Below the pieces are notes generated by a model. It was not told where the DNA came from. It saw only the letters and a list, made by a program, of their open reading frames with translations, and did not search any database. From Chloroflexota bacterium (lineage in GTDB: Bacteria > Chloroflexota > Anaerolineae > Anaerolineales > Villigracilaceae), in NCBI GenBank assembly GCA_026389975.1, contig JAPLGV010000409.1:1-30066 (forward strand): 30,066 nucleotides of DNA. Reading direction: 5' to 3'. Made by a program: the position numbers and the translations under genes. Positions 1 through 8,185 of this stretch are shown piece by piece. The number at the start of each line of letters is the position of its first letter. Positions within the stretch are counted from its first letter, which is position 1.

Positions 1-2
1 AG

Positions 3-1349
3 TCTGAACATCTCTCGTTGCTCAACATCCACGCCCACCTCGGTCTGCTCGACCGTTACGCCAACGTTGAGTCCTTGCTGGCAGCCTACCGCAAAACCTA
101 CCAGAACTTGCTCGGCATCCGCCACGAACTGGAGGGGCTGCGCGAAGCCCAGCGTGACGCTGAACGCCGCACCGAAATGCTCACCTTCCAGGCCGGGGAA
201 ATCGAGGCCGCCAAACTCAAGCCCGGCGAGGACGAAGACCTGCGCAAAGAGGGTGATCGGCTGGCAAATGCGGAGTCGCTCGTCAACCTGGCTCAGCAGG
301 CCCTCACCGTCCTGGACGAGGGCACCTCGGAATCCCCCGCCTCCACAGACCTGATCGGACAGGCAGTCCAATCGCTGGCGAAACTAGCCCAGATTGACGG
401 GACGCAGAACGCTCTGGCGGAACAGTCCGTCACGCTGGAAGAAACCCTGGCCGACCTGGCACGCGGCTTGCGCAATTACCTCGAGGCCATCGAGTTCAAC
501 CCCAAACGGCTGGAAGAAGTCGAAGAGCGTCTCGACCTGATCCGCCGCCTGGAACGTAAATATGGCGGCACCATCGAGTCCACCATCGCCTTCGCTGCTG
601 ACGCCCGCAAACAACTCGATACCATCACCACCGCCACCGAGCGCATCGGCGAACTGGAAACCGCCGAATCTACCGCGCTGGCAAAACTCTCCGAGCAGGG
701 CCTCGGACTCTCGCAGAAGCGCAAGGAATCTGCCGAACAGATGAGCAAGTCCATCGAGGCCGAACTGGATGAATTGCGCATGGCCGCCGCCCGCTTCGCC
801 GTGGATTTCCAGACGAAGCCCGCCGCGGATGGCATCCCCCTGCCAGATGGCACACGCGTTGCTTTTGACGGAAATGGCCTGGATAAAGTCGAATTCCTGG
901 TCGCACCGAACCCGGGTGAGGGTCTGAAACCGCTTGCCAAGATCGCCTCCGGCGGCGAGACCTCCCGCCTGATGCTGGCGCTGAAAAACGTGCTGGTGCG
1001 CGCCGACCAGGTCCCCACGCTCATTTTCGACGAAATTGACCAGGGCATCGGCGGTCGCGTCGGCGGGACGGTCGGCGAAAAACTCTGGCATCTCGGCCGC
1101 GCCCACCAGGTATTTGTCATCACCCACTTGCCGCAACTGGCCGTCTTCGGCGACCAGCACTTCCAGGTGCAGAAGGTTATCGAGCAAAATCGCACGCTGA
1201 CCAAAGTTGCCAAACTGACCGGCGAACCTCGCACTCTCGAACTGGCTCAGATGCTCGGCGCGGTGACCGAAGGCACCCTCCGTTCGGCTCATGATATCCT
1301 GCAAAGCGCCCAAACATTCAAGACCAGCAAAAATACCGCTGCCAATTAG
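3..1349 (+). CDS. recN: DNA repair protein RecN (5'-truncated by window edge)
   Basis: Frame is open from position 3. Long coiled coil followed by the SMC-type C-terminal ATPase half: ASGGETSRLMLALK signature, LIFDEIDQGIGG Walker B, and VITHLPQ. Confidence 0.96.
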   Translation, partial: SEHLSLLNIHAHLGLLDRYANVESLLAAYRKTYQNLLGIRHELEGLREAQRDAERRTEMLTFQAGEIEAAKLKPGEDEDLRKEGDRLANAESLVNLAQQALTVLDEGTSESPASTDLIGQAVQSLAKLAQIDGTQNALAEQSVTLEETLADLARGLRNYLEAIEFNPKRLEEVEERLDLIRRLERKYGGTIESTIAFAADARKQLDTITTATERIGELETAESTALAKLSEQGLGLSQKRKESAEQMSKSIEAELDELRMAAARFAVDFQTKPAADGIPLPDGTRVAFDGNGLDKVEFLVAPNPGEGLKPLAKIASGGETSRLMLALKNVLVRADQVPTLIFDEIDQGIGGRVGGTVGEKLWHLGRAHQVFVITHLPQLAVFGDQHFQVQKVIEQNRTLTKVAKLTGEPRTLELAQMLGAVTEGTLRSAHDILQSAQTFKTSKNTAAN

Positions 1350-1384
1350 CAAAACTCACCTCTGTCAACCCCCAATAGAAATGC

Positions 1385-1453
1385 GGTAGTCCCTGTTCCA
1401 GCGAGGTAGTCCCGGTTCCCGCGGAAGCCCCGGTTCCCGCACGGGGCACGGGG
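1385..1453 (+). repeat. Tandem cluster of GTAG-type REP-like units (~20-nt period)
   Basis: ggtagtccctgttccagcga / ggtagtcccggttcccgcgg / aagccccggttcccgcacggggcacgggg. The same motif occurs at 1801-1822 and, inverted, at 29652-29700. Confidence 0.8.
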
Positions 1454-1542
1454 TTGTCTATTTTGCGCAAACACGACAATCCTACTTCGGACCCAGAAGG
1501 TAACAGGGCTTTCACAAAGTCCATTGACAAACAAAAAAATAT

Positions 1543-1633
1543 TTCATTGCGAACCGCCGAAGGCGGTGAAGCAATCTCCCAGCCTACATGGGGACTGCTT
1601 CGTCGGGTATAAAACGCCCTCCTCGCATCAACA
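1543..1633. repeat. Long imperfect palindromic (cruciform) intergenic element of the TCATTGCGA...GAAGCAATCTC...TGCTTC...TCGCA type
   Basis: Nested stems: ttgcga...tcgca (outer), accgcc-gaa-ggcggt, and gaagcaatctccc...ggggactgcttc. It resembles a widespread REP/RPE-like repeat (recalled, not searched). Confidence 0.6.
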
Positions 1634-1675
1634 CTCCCTTTCTTGTGAACGCCCTGAAGATGGTAAATGTCAGGG

Positions 1676-1704
1676 TTGTCAACTAGTCCATTCGACTGTA
1701 TAAT
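1676..1704 (+). promoter_or_regulatory. Sigma70-type promoter of rpsA
   Basis: TTGTCA (1676-1681), 17-bp spacer, TATAAT (1699-1704), about 33 nt upstream of the ATG. Confidence 0.8.
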
Positions 1705-1737
1705 CTCCCTATCTTATTCACCGGAGTTTCTCACAAT

Positions 1738-3231
1738 ATGGAACAAAAAGACGCCCTTCTCGGGCAGGGGGTTGTGCCCGAGAGCAATCTACCCGCCGTA
1801 GTAGTCCCGGTTCCAGCACGGGACGACGACACTGACAACAATCATACCAACATGGAAACCCTCCTTGACCAGGAGGGCATGTCCTTGGATTTTCCCGAAC
1901 CCGGTGAAATCCGTACAGGAGTTGTCGCCAGCATTAGCCAGTCGCAAATCCTGGTCAGTGTTGGCGCGAAATCGGAAGGTGTGATCACTGGCCGCGAACT
2001 GGAAGCCATCCCGGCTGAAGAGCGCGCCGCACTGCAACTGGGCCAGGAGATCCTGGTCTATGTGTTGTCCGCTGAAGATTCCAGCGGGAATGTTGTCCTT
2101 TCATACACCCGCGCCCAGGAACAAATAGGCTGGGCCGAAGTCGAGAAGATGCTTGAAGAAGGCAGCTCTTTCGATGGCAAGATTGACGGCTTCAACAAAG
2201 GCGGCATTATCGTCCCCGTGTTTGGCCTGCGCGGATTCGTGCCTGCCTCGCAGCTGGGCATCTCCCGCCGCATGGCCGTCACCGGCGACACCCCGGACGC
2301 GCGTTATGCCAAAATGATTGGCGAGGCGATCACCGTCCGCGTAATCGAAGTGGACCGTAAGCGCCGCCGCCTGATTCTCTCCGAACGCGCCGCTTCCAGC
2401 GAGACCCGCCAGTCCATCAAAGAGCGCGTTATTGAATCGCTAAAAGAGGGCGAGGTTTACACCGGTAAAGTCACAAGCCTGGCTGATTTCGGCGCTTTCG
2501 TCAATGTCAACGGTGCCGATGGCCTGGTGCACCTGTCCGAGATCTCCTGGGAACGCGTCCAGCACCCCTCCGAGGTGCTTGAGGTAGGCCAGGAAGTGCA
2601 AGTCAAGATCATCAACATTGACCGCGACAAAAAGCGCATCGGCCTGTCCATCCGCGCCCTGCAGAACGACCCCTGGCAGAGCAAGGTGGACAAATTCAAA
2701 GTCGGCCAATTGGTAGAAGGTATCATCACCCGCCTGACCAAATTTGGTGCTTTTGCCCGTCTGGAGGGTGACCTGGAAGGCTTGATCCACATCTCCGAGA
2801 TTAGCGAGAATCGCATCGAGCATCCCAAGGAAGCCGGTCTGCATGATGGCAGTGTTGTCACGCTGCGCATCATCCGCATTGACCCCGACCAGCGCCGTAT
2901 CGGCTTGAGCCTGCGCAAGGTCGACTCGGGTGCTTACAAAGACCTCGACCTGAAACAGATTGACCTCGAAGGCGTCAACCTGGAACTGGTAAACGACAAG
3001 CCCTCCAAAAACGAGGAAGCTCCCAAAGACGAGGAAGCCCCCAAAGACGAGGAAGCCCCCAAGGAAAAGGAAGCTCCCAAAGACGAGGAAGCCCCCCAAG
3101 ACAAGGAAGCTCCCAAGGAAAAGGAAGACCCCAAAGCCAAGAAAGCTCCCAAGGAAAAGGAAGCCCCCAAAACCAAGAAAGCTCCCAAGGACAAGGAAGC
3201 TCCCAAAGACGAGGAAGCCCCCAACGAGTAG
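1738..3231 (+). CDS. rpsA: 30S ribosomal protein S1 (four S1 domains plus low-complexity charged tail)
   Basis: Four S1 repeats (e.g. GKVTSLADFGAFVNV..DGLVHLSEISW and FGAFARLEGDLEGLIHISEIS). GGAG lies upstream of 1738; ATG 1852 is an alternative start. Confidence 0.95.
   Translation: MEQKDALLGQGVVPESNLPAVVVPVPARDDDTDNNHTNMETLLDQEGMSLDFPEPGEIRTGVVASISQSQILVSVGAKSEGVITGRELEAIPAEERAALQLGQEILVYVLSAEDSSGNVVLSYTRAQEQIGWAEVEKMLEEGSSFDGKIDGFNKGGIIVPVFGLRGFVPASQLGISRRMAVTGDTPDARYAKMIGEAITVRVIEVDRKRRRLILSERAASSETRQSIKERVIESLKEGEVYTGKVTSLADFGAFVNVNGADGLVHLSEISWERVQHPSEVLEVGQEVQVKIINIDRDKKRIGLSIRALQNDPWQSKVDKFKVGQLVEGIITRLTKFGAFARLEGDLEGLIHISEISENRIEHPKEAGLHDGSVVTLRIIRIDPDQRRIGLSLRKVDSGAYKDLDLKQIDLEGVNLELVNDKPSKNEEAPKDEEAPKDEEAPKEKEAPKDEEAPQDKEAPKEKEDPKAKKAPKEKEAPKTKKAPKDKEAPKDEEAPNE
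1801..1827 (+). repeat. GTAG-type REP-like hairpin inside the rpsA 5' coding region
   Basis: gtagtcccg-gttccagca-cgggacgac, with stem GTCCCG/CGGGAC. Positions 1801-1822 are identical (22/22) to the reverse complement of 29660-29681. Confidence 0.8.
3007..3222 (+). repeat. 12 x 18-nt coding tandem repeat (KDEEAP-like hexapeptide) in the RpsA tail
   Basis: KNEEAP KDEEAP KDEEAP KEKEAP KDEEAP QDKEAP KEKEDP KAKKAP KEKEAP KTKKAP KDKEAP KDEEAP; DNA unit approximately aaagacgaggaagc(t/c)ccc. Confidence 0.95.
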
Positions 3232-3238
3232 GAAAGAG

Positions 3239-3269
3239 AAACCCGGTTTCTTCCAGAGACCGGGTTTTT
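3239..3269 (+). terminator. Intrinsic terminator-like hairpin after rpsA
   Basis: aaacccggtttc-ttcca-gagaccgggttt followed by a short T run, just after the stop codon. Confidence 0.75.
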
Positions 3270-3277
3270 GAAATGCC

Positions 3278-4357
3278 ATGCTCCCCCTCATCGTAGACGC
3301 CCACGAAGATATTGCCTACAACATCCTGAACTTCGGGCGGGACTATACCCGCTCCGCTGCCGAAACGCGCCGCCTCGAACACGAGAGCGGTTCGGAGACC
3401 CCCGAACACAACGGCGGCTGGCCCGATTATCAGCGCGGGCGTGTGGCCGTCGTCTTCAGCACCCTGTTCGTCACGCCCATCTGCCGCAGGACCGGCGAGT
3501 GGGACAAACAGGCCTATGCAGATTTCGATCAGGCTCATCGTCTTTACCGCACCCAACTGGATGCTTATCACAAACTGGCGGACGACCACCCCGACCATTT
3601 CCGTCTCATCGCTTCACGCGCGGACCTGGAAACTGTCCTGACCCATTGGGCCGATTCCAAGGCTGAAAGCCATCCCGTCGGCCTTGTGCCGTTGATGGAA
3701 GGAGCTGAGGGTGTGCGCACCCCGTCCGAACTGGACGAGTGGTGGGAGTGGGGCGTGCGGGTCATCGGCCCGGCCTGGGCCGGCACTCGCTTCTGTGGTG
3801 GCACGCGGGACCCGGGACCGCTCACCGATGAAGGCCGCCTCCTGCTCAAGGCAATGGCAGACATCGGGTTCACGCTCGACCTGAGTCACATGGACGAACT
3901 GTCGGCGCGGCAGGCCCTCGACCTGTATCCCGGTCCCATTATCGCCAGCCATGCCAACGCTGCCGCGCTCGTGCCCGGCTACGACGGGAACCGTCTGCTG
4001 CGGGACGATGTCATCCAGGGCATTCTCGAACGGGACGGAATCATTGGCGTGGTACCGTTCTGCAGGTTCCTGACCTTCGAATGGAAATTTGGCGACCCGC
4101 GTGACAGCATTACGCTCGAAACGCTGGCCGCGCATGTGGACCGTATCTGCCAGATGGCCGGGGATGCCCGGCACGTGGGTCTGGGCAGCGACTTCGACGG
4201 CGGCTTCGGCCTGTCCGCCGTGCCTGCCGGGGTGGATACGATTGCCGACCTGCAGAAAATCGGCCCCATTCTGGTGGCGAAAGGGTATAATGACGAGCAG
4301 GTCGCGGCGGTTCTGGGGAAGAACTGGTTGCGCCATCTCCAGACATTCTTGCCATGA
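3278..4357 (+). CDS. Membrane dipeptidase family (peptidase M19)
   Basis: IVDAHED, LMEGAEG, DLSHM, ASHANA and VGLGSDFDGG motifs. Confidence 0.9.
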   Translation: MLPLIVDAHEDIAYNILNFGRDYTRSAAETRRLEHESGSETPEHNGGWPDYQRGRVAVVFSTLFVTPICRRTGEWDKQAYADFDQAHRLYRTQLDAYHKLADDHPDHFRLIASRADLETVLTHWADSKAESHPVGLVPLMEGAEGVRTPSELDEWWEWGVRVIGPAWAGTRFCGGTRDPGPLTDEGRLLLKAMADIGFTLDLSHMDELSARQALDLYPGPIIASHANAAALVPGYDGNRLLRDDVIQGILERDGIIGVVPFCRFLTFEWKFGDPRDSITLETLAAHVDRICQMAGDARHVGLGSDFDGGFGLSAVPAGVDTIADLQKIGPILVAKGYNDEQVAAVLGKNWLRHLQTFLP

Positions 4358-4839
4358 CAACTCCTGACAAACCATCTCCATCCCACAATACTTCTCCTGA
4401 AGGTAATCCCTCGCGGGTGCGCGTCCGCTTTGGGCTGCTGTTGACATTATTCGGCCTGCTCGTTTTTCTGGTTGGCGCCCGCCCGGCACTCTTTGGCCTG
4501 GACCGCAGTCCGGTGGTCGGGTTTGTGCAGATCGCGGTCTTCCTGGTGGGGCTGGCAATTGTCTGCATCGGCGGGTACATCGGCTTGATGTCCTTCTGGA
4601 GAAACGGCGAACGTACCATCGCCGCAGACATCGGTTCGCGGCTGGTCGCGACCGGGTATGTGGTGGCCGTTTTCTCCGGCATGGCGGATATGTTCGGCTT
4701 TGGCACGCGGGTGCCGCCGCTAGTTCCGTTCTTTGGCCGCTGGCAGGCAACCGGGGTGCAGATTGGCGAGGTGCTGATTACGATTGGGTTCTTGTTATTG
4801 ATCCCAATTTATTGGCGAAAGGAAACGAAAGAAAAATGA
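4354..4839 (+). CDS. Hypothetical integral membrane protein (about 4 TM segments)
   Basis: ATGA overlap with the dipeptidase stop codon, several hydrophobic segments, host-like codon usage. Confidence 0.75.
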   Translation: MTTPDKPSPSHNTSPEGNPSRVRVRFGLLLTLFGLLVFLVGARPALFGLDRSPVVGFVQIAVFLVGLAIVCIGGYIGLMSFWRNGERTIAADIGSRLVATGYVVAVFSGMADMFGFGTRVPPLVPFFGRWQATGVQIGEVLITIGFLLLIPIYWRKETKEK

Positions 4840-4840
4840 G

Positions 4841-4864
4841 AAACGCCCCTTTCGGGGTGTTTTC
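4841..4864 (+). terminator. Intrinsic terminator
   Basis: aaacgcccc-tttc-ggggtgttt then tt, immediately after TGA. The single non-Watson-Crick pair is G:U on the + strand. Confidence 0.75.
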
Positions 4865-4969
4865 AATTCCTGATATTTCATATTCTTTACAATCTACGAA
4901 TTTACTTGACTCCCACCAGCACCGCTCGGACTGATTTTCACGGAATTTGCAGGTTTCTGGGAATCGATA

Positions 4970-5046
4970 TGGAAATTCGAATAACATTCCCAATGGGGAT
5001 TTTGGTTTTAAAAAGAAAGACCACCTTGCGGCGGTTTTCGTGCCCC
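4970..5046 (-). repeat. Degenerate copy of the tRNA-Glu-derived unit (att-like left boundary)
   Basis: 4970-5011 matches 27234-27275 at 34/42 positions ungapped. Similarity continues through accacct...ggtttt...gtgcccc, in the same orientation as the right copies. Confidence 0.8.
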
Positions 5047-5238
5047 TGTTGAGCACACCCGTATTGATATCCAGCACGGCTGCCCCAGCTTCGACCTGGG
5101 CAAGGGCATCTTGACGCACTATTTCGAAGTAGCCCTCCTGTAAGGCAGCATAAACCACTTTACAGCAAGTTGGATTAATGCGCTTTCCAATGATAACCGT
5201 GGGTCGATTACGTCGGATTGAAACTTATTTGTTCTCAT
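5047..5238 (-). pseudogene. 5' remnant of a pterin-binding (MeTr/AcsE/MetH-pterin-domain) methyltransferase
   Basis: One frame reads RPTVIIGKRINPTCCKVVYAALQEGYFEIVRQDALAQVEAGAAVLDINTG, matching the family pattern IIGERINPTG...A..QVEAGA..LD.N.G. There is an in-frame stop at 5225-5227, the ATG at 5238 is out of frame, and homology ends at the att-like repeat. Confidence 0.8.
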
Positions 5239-5382
5239 AGGTTAGCGTTGTTTCTTTTACTATCTTGCCTAATTTGTTGGGGATTTAAATGGTGATTTTA
5301 TAAAGAATACAAAAGGTTGGTAAGTTTTCTGGGCGTGCCTGACATGTTATGATACGCGGAACAAGAAATTATACCGAATCAG

Positions 5383-6012
5383 TTAATCGATCAGGGATTT
5401 TGCTAATGTCACAGCTTGGCCTGCATCTGGTGCAAAGCCATCCGCCCCGATCTTTTTGGCATATTCAGCTGTAACAGGAGCACCGCCTATAATTATCTTG
5501 ATGCGATCATGTAATCCAGCTTCTTCAATCGCCTTGATGGTGCTTTCCATACTAGGCATCGTAGTGGTCAACAAAGCGGAGAGTCCGAGGATATCTACTC
5601 CGTCGTGAATAGCTGCAACAAACTTTTCAGGAGCTACATCTACTCCCAAATCCACAACCTCGAAGCCAGCGCCTTCCAACATCATAGAGACCAGGTTTTT
5701 CCCGATGTCGTGCAGATCACCTTTTACTGTGCCTATTACCACTTTCCCTACAGGTTCAACTCCAGCTTCGACCAACAAGGGTTTCAGGATTTCCAGGCCA
5801 GCCTGCATAGCACGGGCTGCAATCAACATTTCTGGGACATAATAATCCCCTTCTTCAAAGAGACGTCCAACTTCTCCCATCGCGGCAATTAGGCCGGTTT
5901 GGAGAATGTCTGATGCAGCTACGCCAGCAGAAAGCGCAGCTCGGACCTTTTCTAAAGTCACTTCCGTGTCGCCATTTAGTACGGCTTGATAGATATCTTC
6001 CAGTTGGCTCAT
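5383..6012 (-). CDS. Corrinoid (B12-binding) methyl-carrier protein, MttC/MtbC/MtaC-like
   Basis: GTVKGDLHDIGKNLV (DxHxxG), SALLTTTM and IIIGGAP motifs, N-terminal cap domain, RBS GAGGTG. Confidence 0.95.
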   Translation of the reverse strand: MSQLEDIYQAVLNGDTEVTLEKVRAALSAGVAASDILQTGLIAAMGEVGRLFEEGDYYVPEMLIAARAMQAGLEILKPLLVEAGVEPVGKVVIGTVKGDLHDIGKNLVSMMLEGAGFEVVDLGVDVAPEKFVAAIHDGVDILGLSALLTTTMPSMESTIKAIEEAGLHDRIKIIIGGAPVTAEYAKKIGADGFAPDAGQAVTLAKSLID

Positions 6013-6021
6013 AGATCACCT

Positions 6022-7107
6022 CTATTCAGTACCTTCAATAATATTATTCCCTGCAAGGGGTTTTGCTTTCTCGGGCACGTGCAGTTGGCACAAAATATTC
6101 AACTCATCAAATACTGTCCATTCTTCAATAATTTTCCCAGAATGAACTTTTGCCTGCGTTATCCCCACAATTTTCACAGGCTTCCCGCTGGGCTCTCCGT
6201 AGATACCATAACCCGTATGGGTTCCTTGAAATGTCCATCTCAAGGAAGTACGATATCCTATTTCATCATCGCCTAAAGCACAGAAGTGGTCGAAATGCAT
6301 CTGACCATCTGGGAAACAAGCCAACCAATCAATGGCAAACTGGATAATATCATCATGCCCAAATAGCTCACGACCAGAGGCCGAATGACTGTGTATGGTT
6401 GAAAGGTATGCATCGATAAAACAATTGAACATCCGCCGATTCCAGGCGTTATGCCATGCGCGCTTGATAAAATCTTCGATATCAAAGCCATTCGACTCTT
6501 TCGGGGGCAGCTCGGGGGTCAACTTTTGTTCGACTGTATTTTCCTGTTCTGCAATGACATATTTTTCAGGTTGCATGGCTACGAGCCTGGCGACAAATTC
6601 ACGCTCATCGAGGCCGATTTGTCGAATAATGTTAAGATCGTCTCGCACCAGCCATTCTTCGATGATCTTGTTTTCTTTGACGACACAGTCTGCAATAACG
6701 CGATACTTCAGCATCTTCCCTGTTGGAGCACCATACAAACTAAAGCCCAAGTGGTGAGCGGTGCTCTGTATGCGATGTGAAGAATAAAAACCATCTTCAT
6801 CGTTCCCAGCCCAAATCACATCTTCGGGAAAGAGCCTGCGGTCTGGAAAGAAGGACAATTGCTGAACCGTATTTGCTAAAACTGATTTGGCACCAACAGT
6901 ATCTCCGCTGGATGTGTGAATTACAGCATCCTCTGAATAATGCGTATTGATCAACCCAATTTGCTTTTCTTCCCAGATCTTGTAGGTACACCGGATGATG
7001 TATGCGACAATATCCATATAATCTTCGTCAAAGCCGCGCATGCTCTGTGGACCGGGCGAAAGTCTTGCTAAAACATCATCATAGGGAGTTCTGGATATTG
7101 TTTTCAT
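6022..7107 (-). CDS. Two-domain SnoaL/NTF2-like 'ester cyclase' family protein
   Basis: Two repeats ending in ...KIIEEW..., with G.P(T/S)GK strands; ATGA overlap with the upstream gene. Confidence 0.75.
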   Translation of the reverse strand: MKTISRTPYDDVLARLSPGPQSMRGFDEDYMDIVAYIIRCTYKIWEEKQIGLINTHYSEDAVIHTSSGDTVGAKSVLANTVQQLSFFPDRRLFPEDVIWAGNDEDGFYSSHRIQSTAHHLGFSLYGAPTGKMLKYRVIADCVVKENKIIEEWLVRDDLNIIRQIGLDEREFVARLVAMQPEKYVIAEQENTVEQKLTPELPPKESNGFDIEDFIKRAWHNAWNRRMFNCFIDAYLSTIHSHSASGRELFGHDDIIQFAIDWLACFPDGQMHFDHFCALGDDEIGYRTSLRWTFQGTHTGYGIYGEPSGKPVKIVGITQAKVHSGKIIEEWTVFDELNILCQLHVPEKAKPLAGNNIIEGTE

Positions 7108-8153
7108 CGGCTCGACTTCCTCTGCTCAATTTGCTCAAACATACGATCAAAGAGATTGATGCCCAATTGCATGAAAATATCGATCAGGTCGATCGGCACC
7201 CAGTTCTGTACCAGGGTATCACATTCGCGCCTGTACCAGTCAAAGTCACGGATGGTCATCAATTTCCCAGTTGCGGGAACATCCAAATATTGTCCTCGAT
7301 TTACTGAGAACACTTTATCCCAAATGCCCAAGGAAGCATATTTGCCTTCCGCAAGAATTTCGCCATTTTCAATCCCGATACTGCGCGCCTTTCCAGGCGG
7401 GGTTGTCATGCCGCGGTCAGGAAAAGCCTTTAACCAGGGTCGTTGGTGGAAATCTTCGAATTCCTCCAGGCTGTGGCACGAGCCGATCCCCGTCGGACCG
7501 TACCAGTGCATCTTGGGATGCCAGTACTTATCCATCTCCATCGTTCGCAGGTTCTTGCCATCGAAGCGCATCATGCCCTGGAGCATGGCGTAAACCTGTT
7601 GCCTTGTTTTTAGTGTTTCAAGTGGATCCTGCGCGGTTAGAAGAACGCCATCTCCCGTGGTCGGGCTGAGCACCTTGCCTCCCTCCGCTCCCCGTGCAGG
7701 GGGGAGCACCTGGAAACCGGCCTGCCGCATCACGGAGAGCACATCCAGGATCAGGTAGTTTTCAACGATCATTCCATCTTCGACGCGATAATGCTGGCCG
7801 AAGTGGATATTCGTTTTCTCTCCAGTTGCGGGGATCCCCAACCAATCTTGAGCAAATGTACCAGTGAGATATCCGCATGCCGACACCCAGCATTCTCCAC
7901 AGCACTCGCTGCCCAGAAAAATGTCGCATTTTCGTTTTAGATCCGGGAAGGAGCGATACAATGGCTGCCAATATCCAGAGATGACTGCATCCACCCCTTT
8001 CAACTCATTGATGGGTTGGGGGCCAAACCAGGCGATATCTTTATGCATCTTGGTTTTGACAAGCTTCTCGATGTTGTCAAATCCAACATAATTCATTTTT
8101 TGCCAAAAATCCCAAACAATTTCTTTGTTCTTCTGGTTTAGATTATCAGTCAT
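7104..8153 (-). CDS. Two-domain SnoaL/NTF2-like 'ester cyclase' family protein
   Basis: GTFAQDWLGIPATGE, WYGPTGIG, FEDFHQRPWLKAFPD and VPATGK...NWVPID motifs; close paralog of 10504-11571. Confidence 0.8.
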   Translation of the reverse strand: MTDNLNQKNKEIVWDFWQKMNYVGFDNIEKLVKTKMHKDIAWFGPQPINELKGVDAVISGYWQPLYRSFPDLKRKCDIFLGSECCGECWVSACGYLTGTFAQDWLGIPATGEKTNIHFGQHYRVEDGMIVENYLILDVLSVMRQAGFQVLPPARGAEGGKVLSPTTGDGVLLTAQDPLETLKTRQQVYAMLQGMMRFDGKNLRTMEMDKYWHPKMHWYGPTGIGSCHSLEEFEDFHQRPWLKAFPDRGMTTPPGKARSIGIENGEILAEGKYASLGIWDKVFSVNRGQYLDVPATGKLMTIRDFDWYRRECDTLVQNWVPIDLIDIFMQLGINLFDRMFEQIEQRKSSR

Positions 8154-8185
8154 TATTGCCTCTGTTTCCTCTTGATCAAGATCTT

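Noticed and set aside
384-1352. 322-aa minus-strand ORF, plus 476-1234
   Set aside because: Antisense shadow of GC-rich recN with no family motifs.
2440-3291. 283-aa minus-strand ORF with FLVFGSFL repeats
   Set aside because: It is the antisense reading of the rpsA KDEEAP repeat.
3395-3430. Possible short in-frame deletion in the dipeptidase (HNG|GWPDY)
   Set aside because: Based only on a vague memory of homologs having extra residues here; cannot be supported without an alignment.
3614-4750. 378-aa and 198-aa minus-strand ORFs
   Set aside because: They overlap the well-supported dipeptidase and membrane genes and have low-information Arg/Pro-rich composition.
4905-4925. ttgactcccaccagcacc resembling a tRNA or tmRNA 3' end (second att site)
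   Set aside because: The match is too short and has no partner elsewhere in the window.
4778-5158. 126-aa ORF as a real gene
   Set aside because: It is a read-through of the MeTr remnant into the att-like repeat and terminator, overlapping the opposite-strand membrane gene.
5383-6030. Cobalamin riboswitch or pyrrolysine system near the corrinoid gene
   Set aside because: No B12-box-like sequence seen in the intergenic regions, and no in-frame amber methyltransferase or pyl genes.
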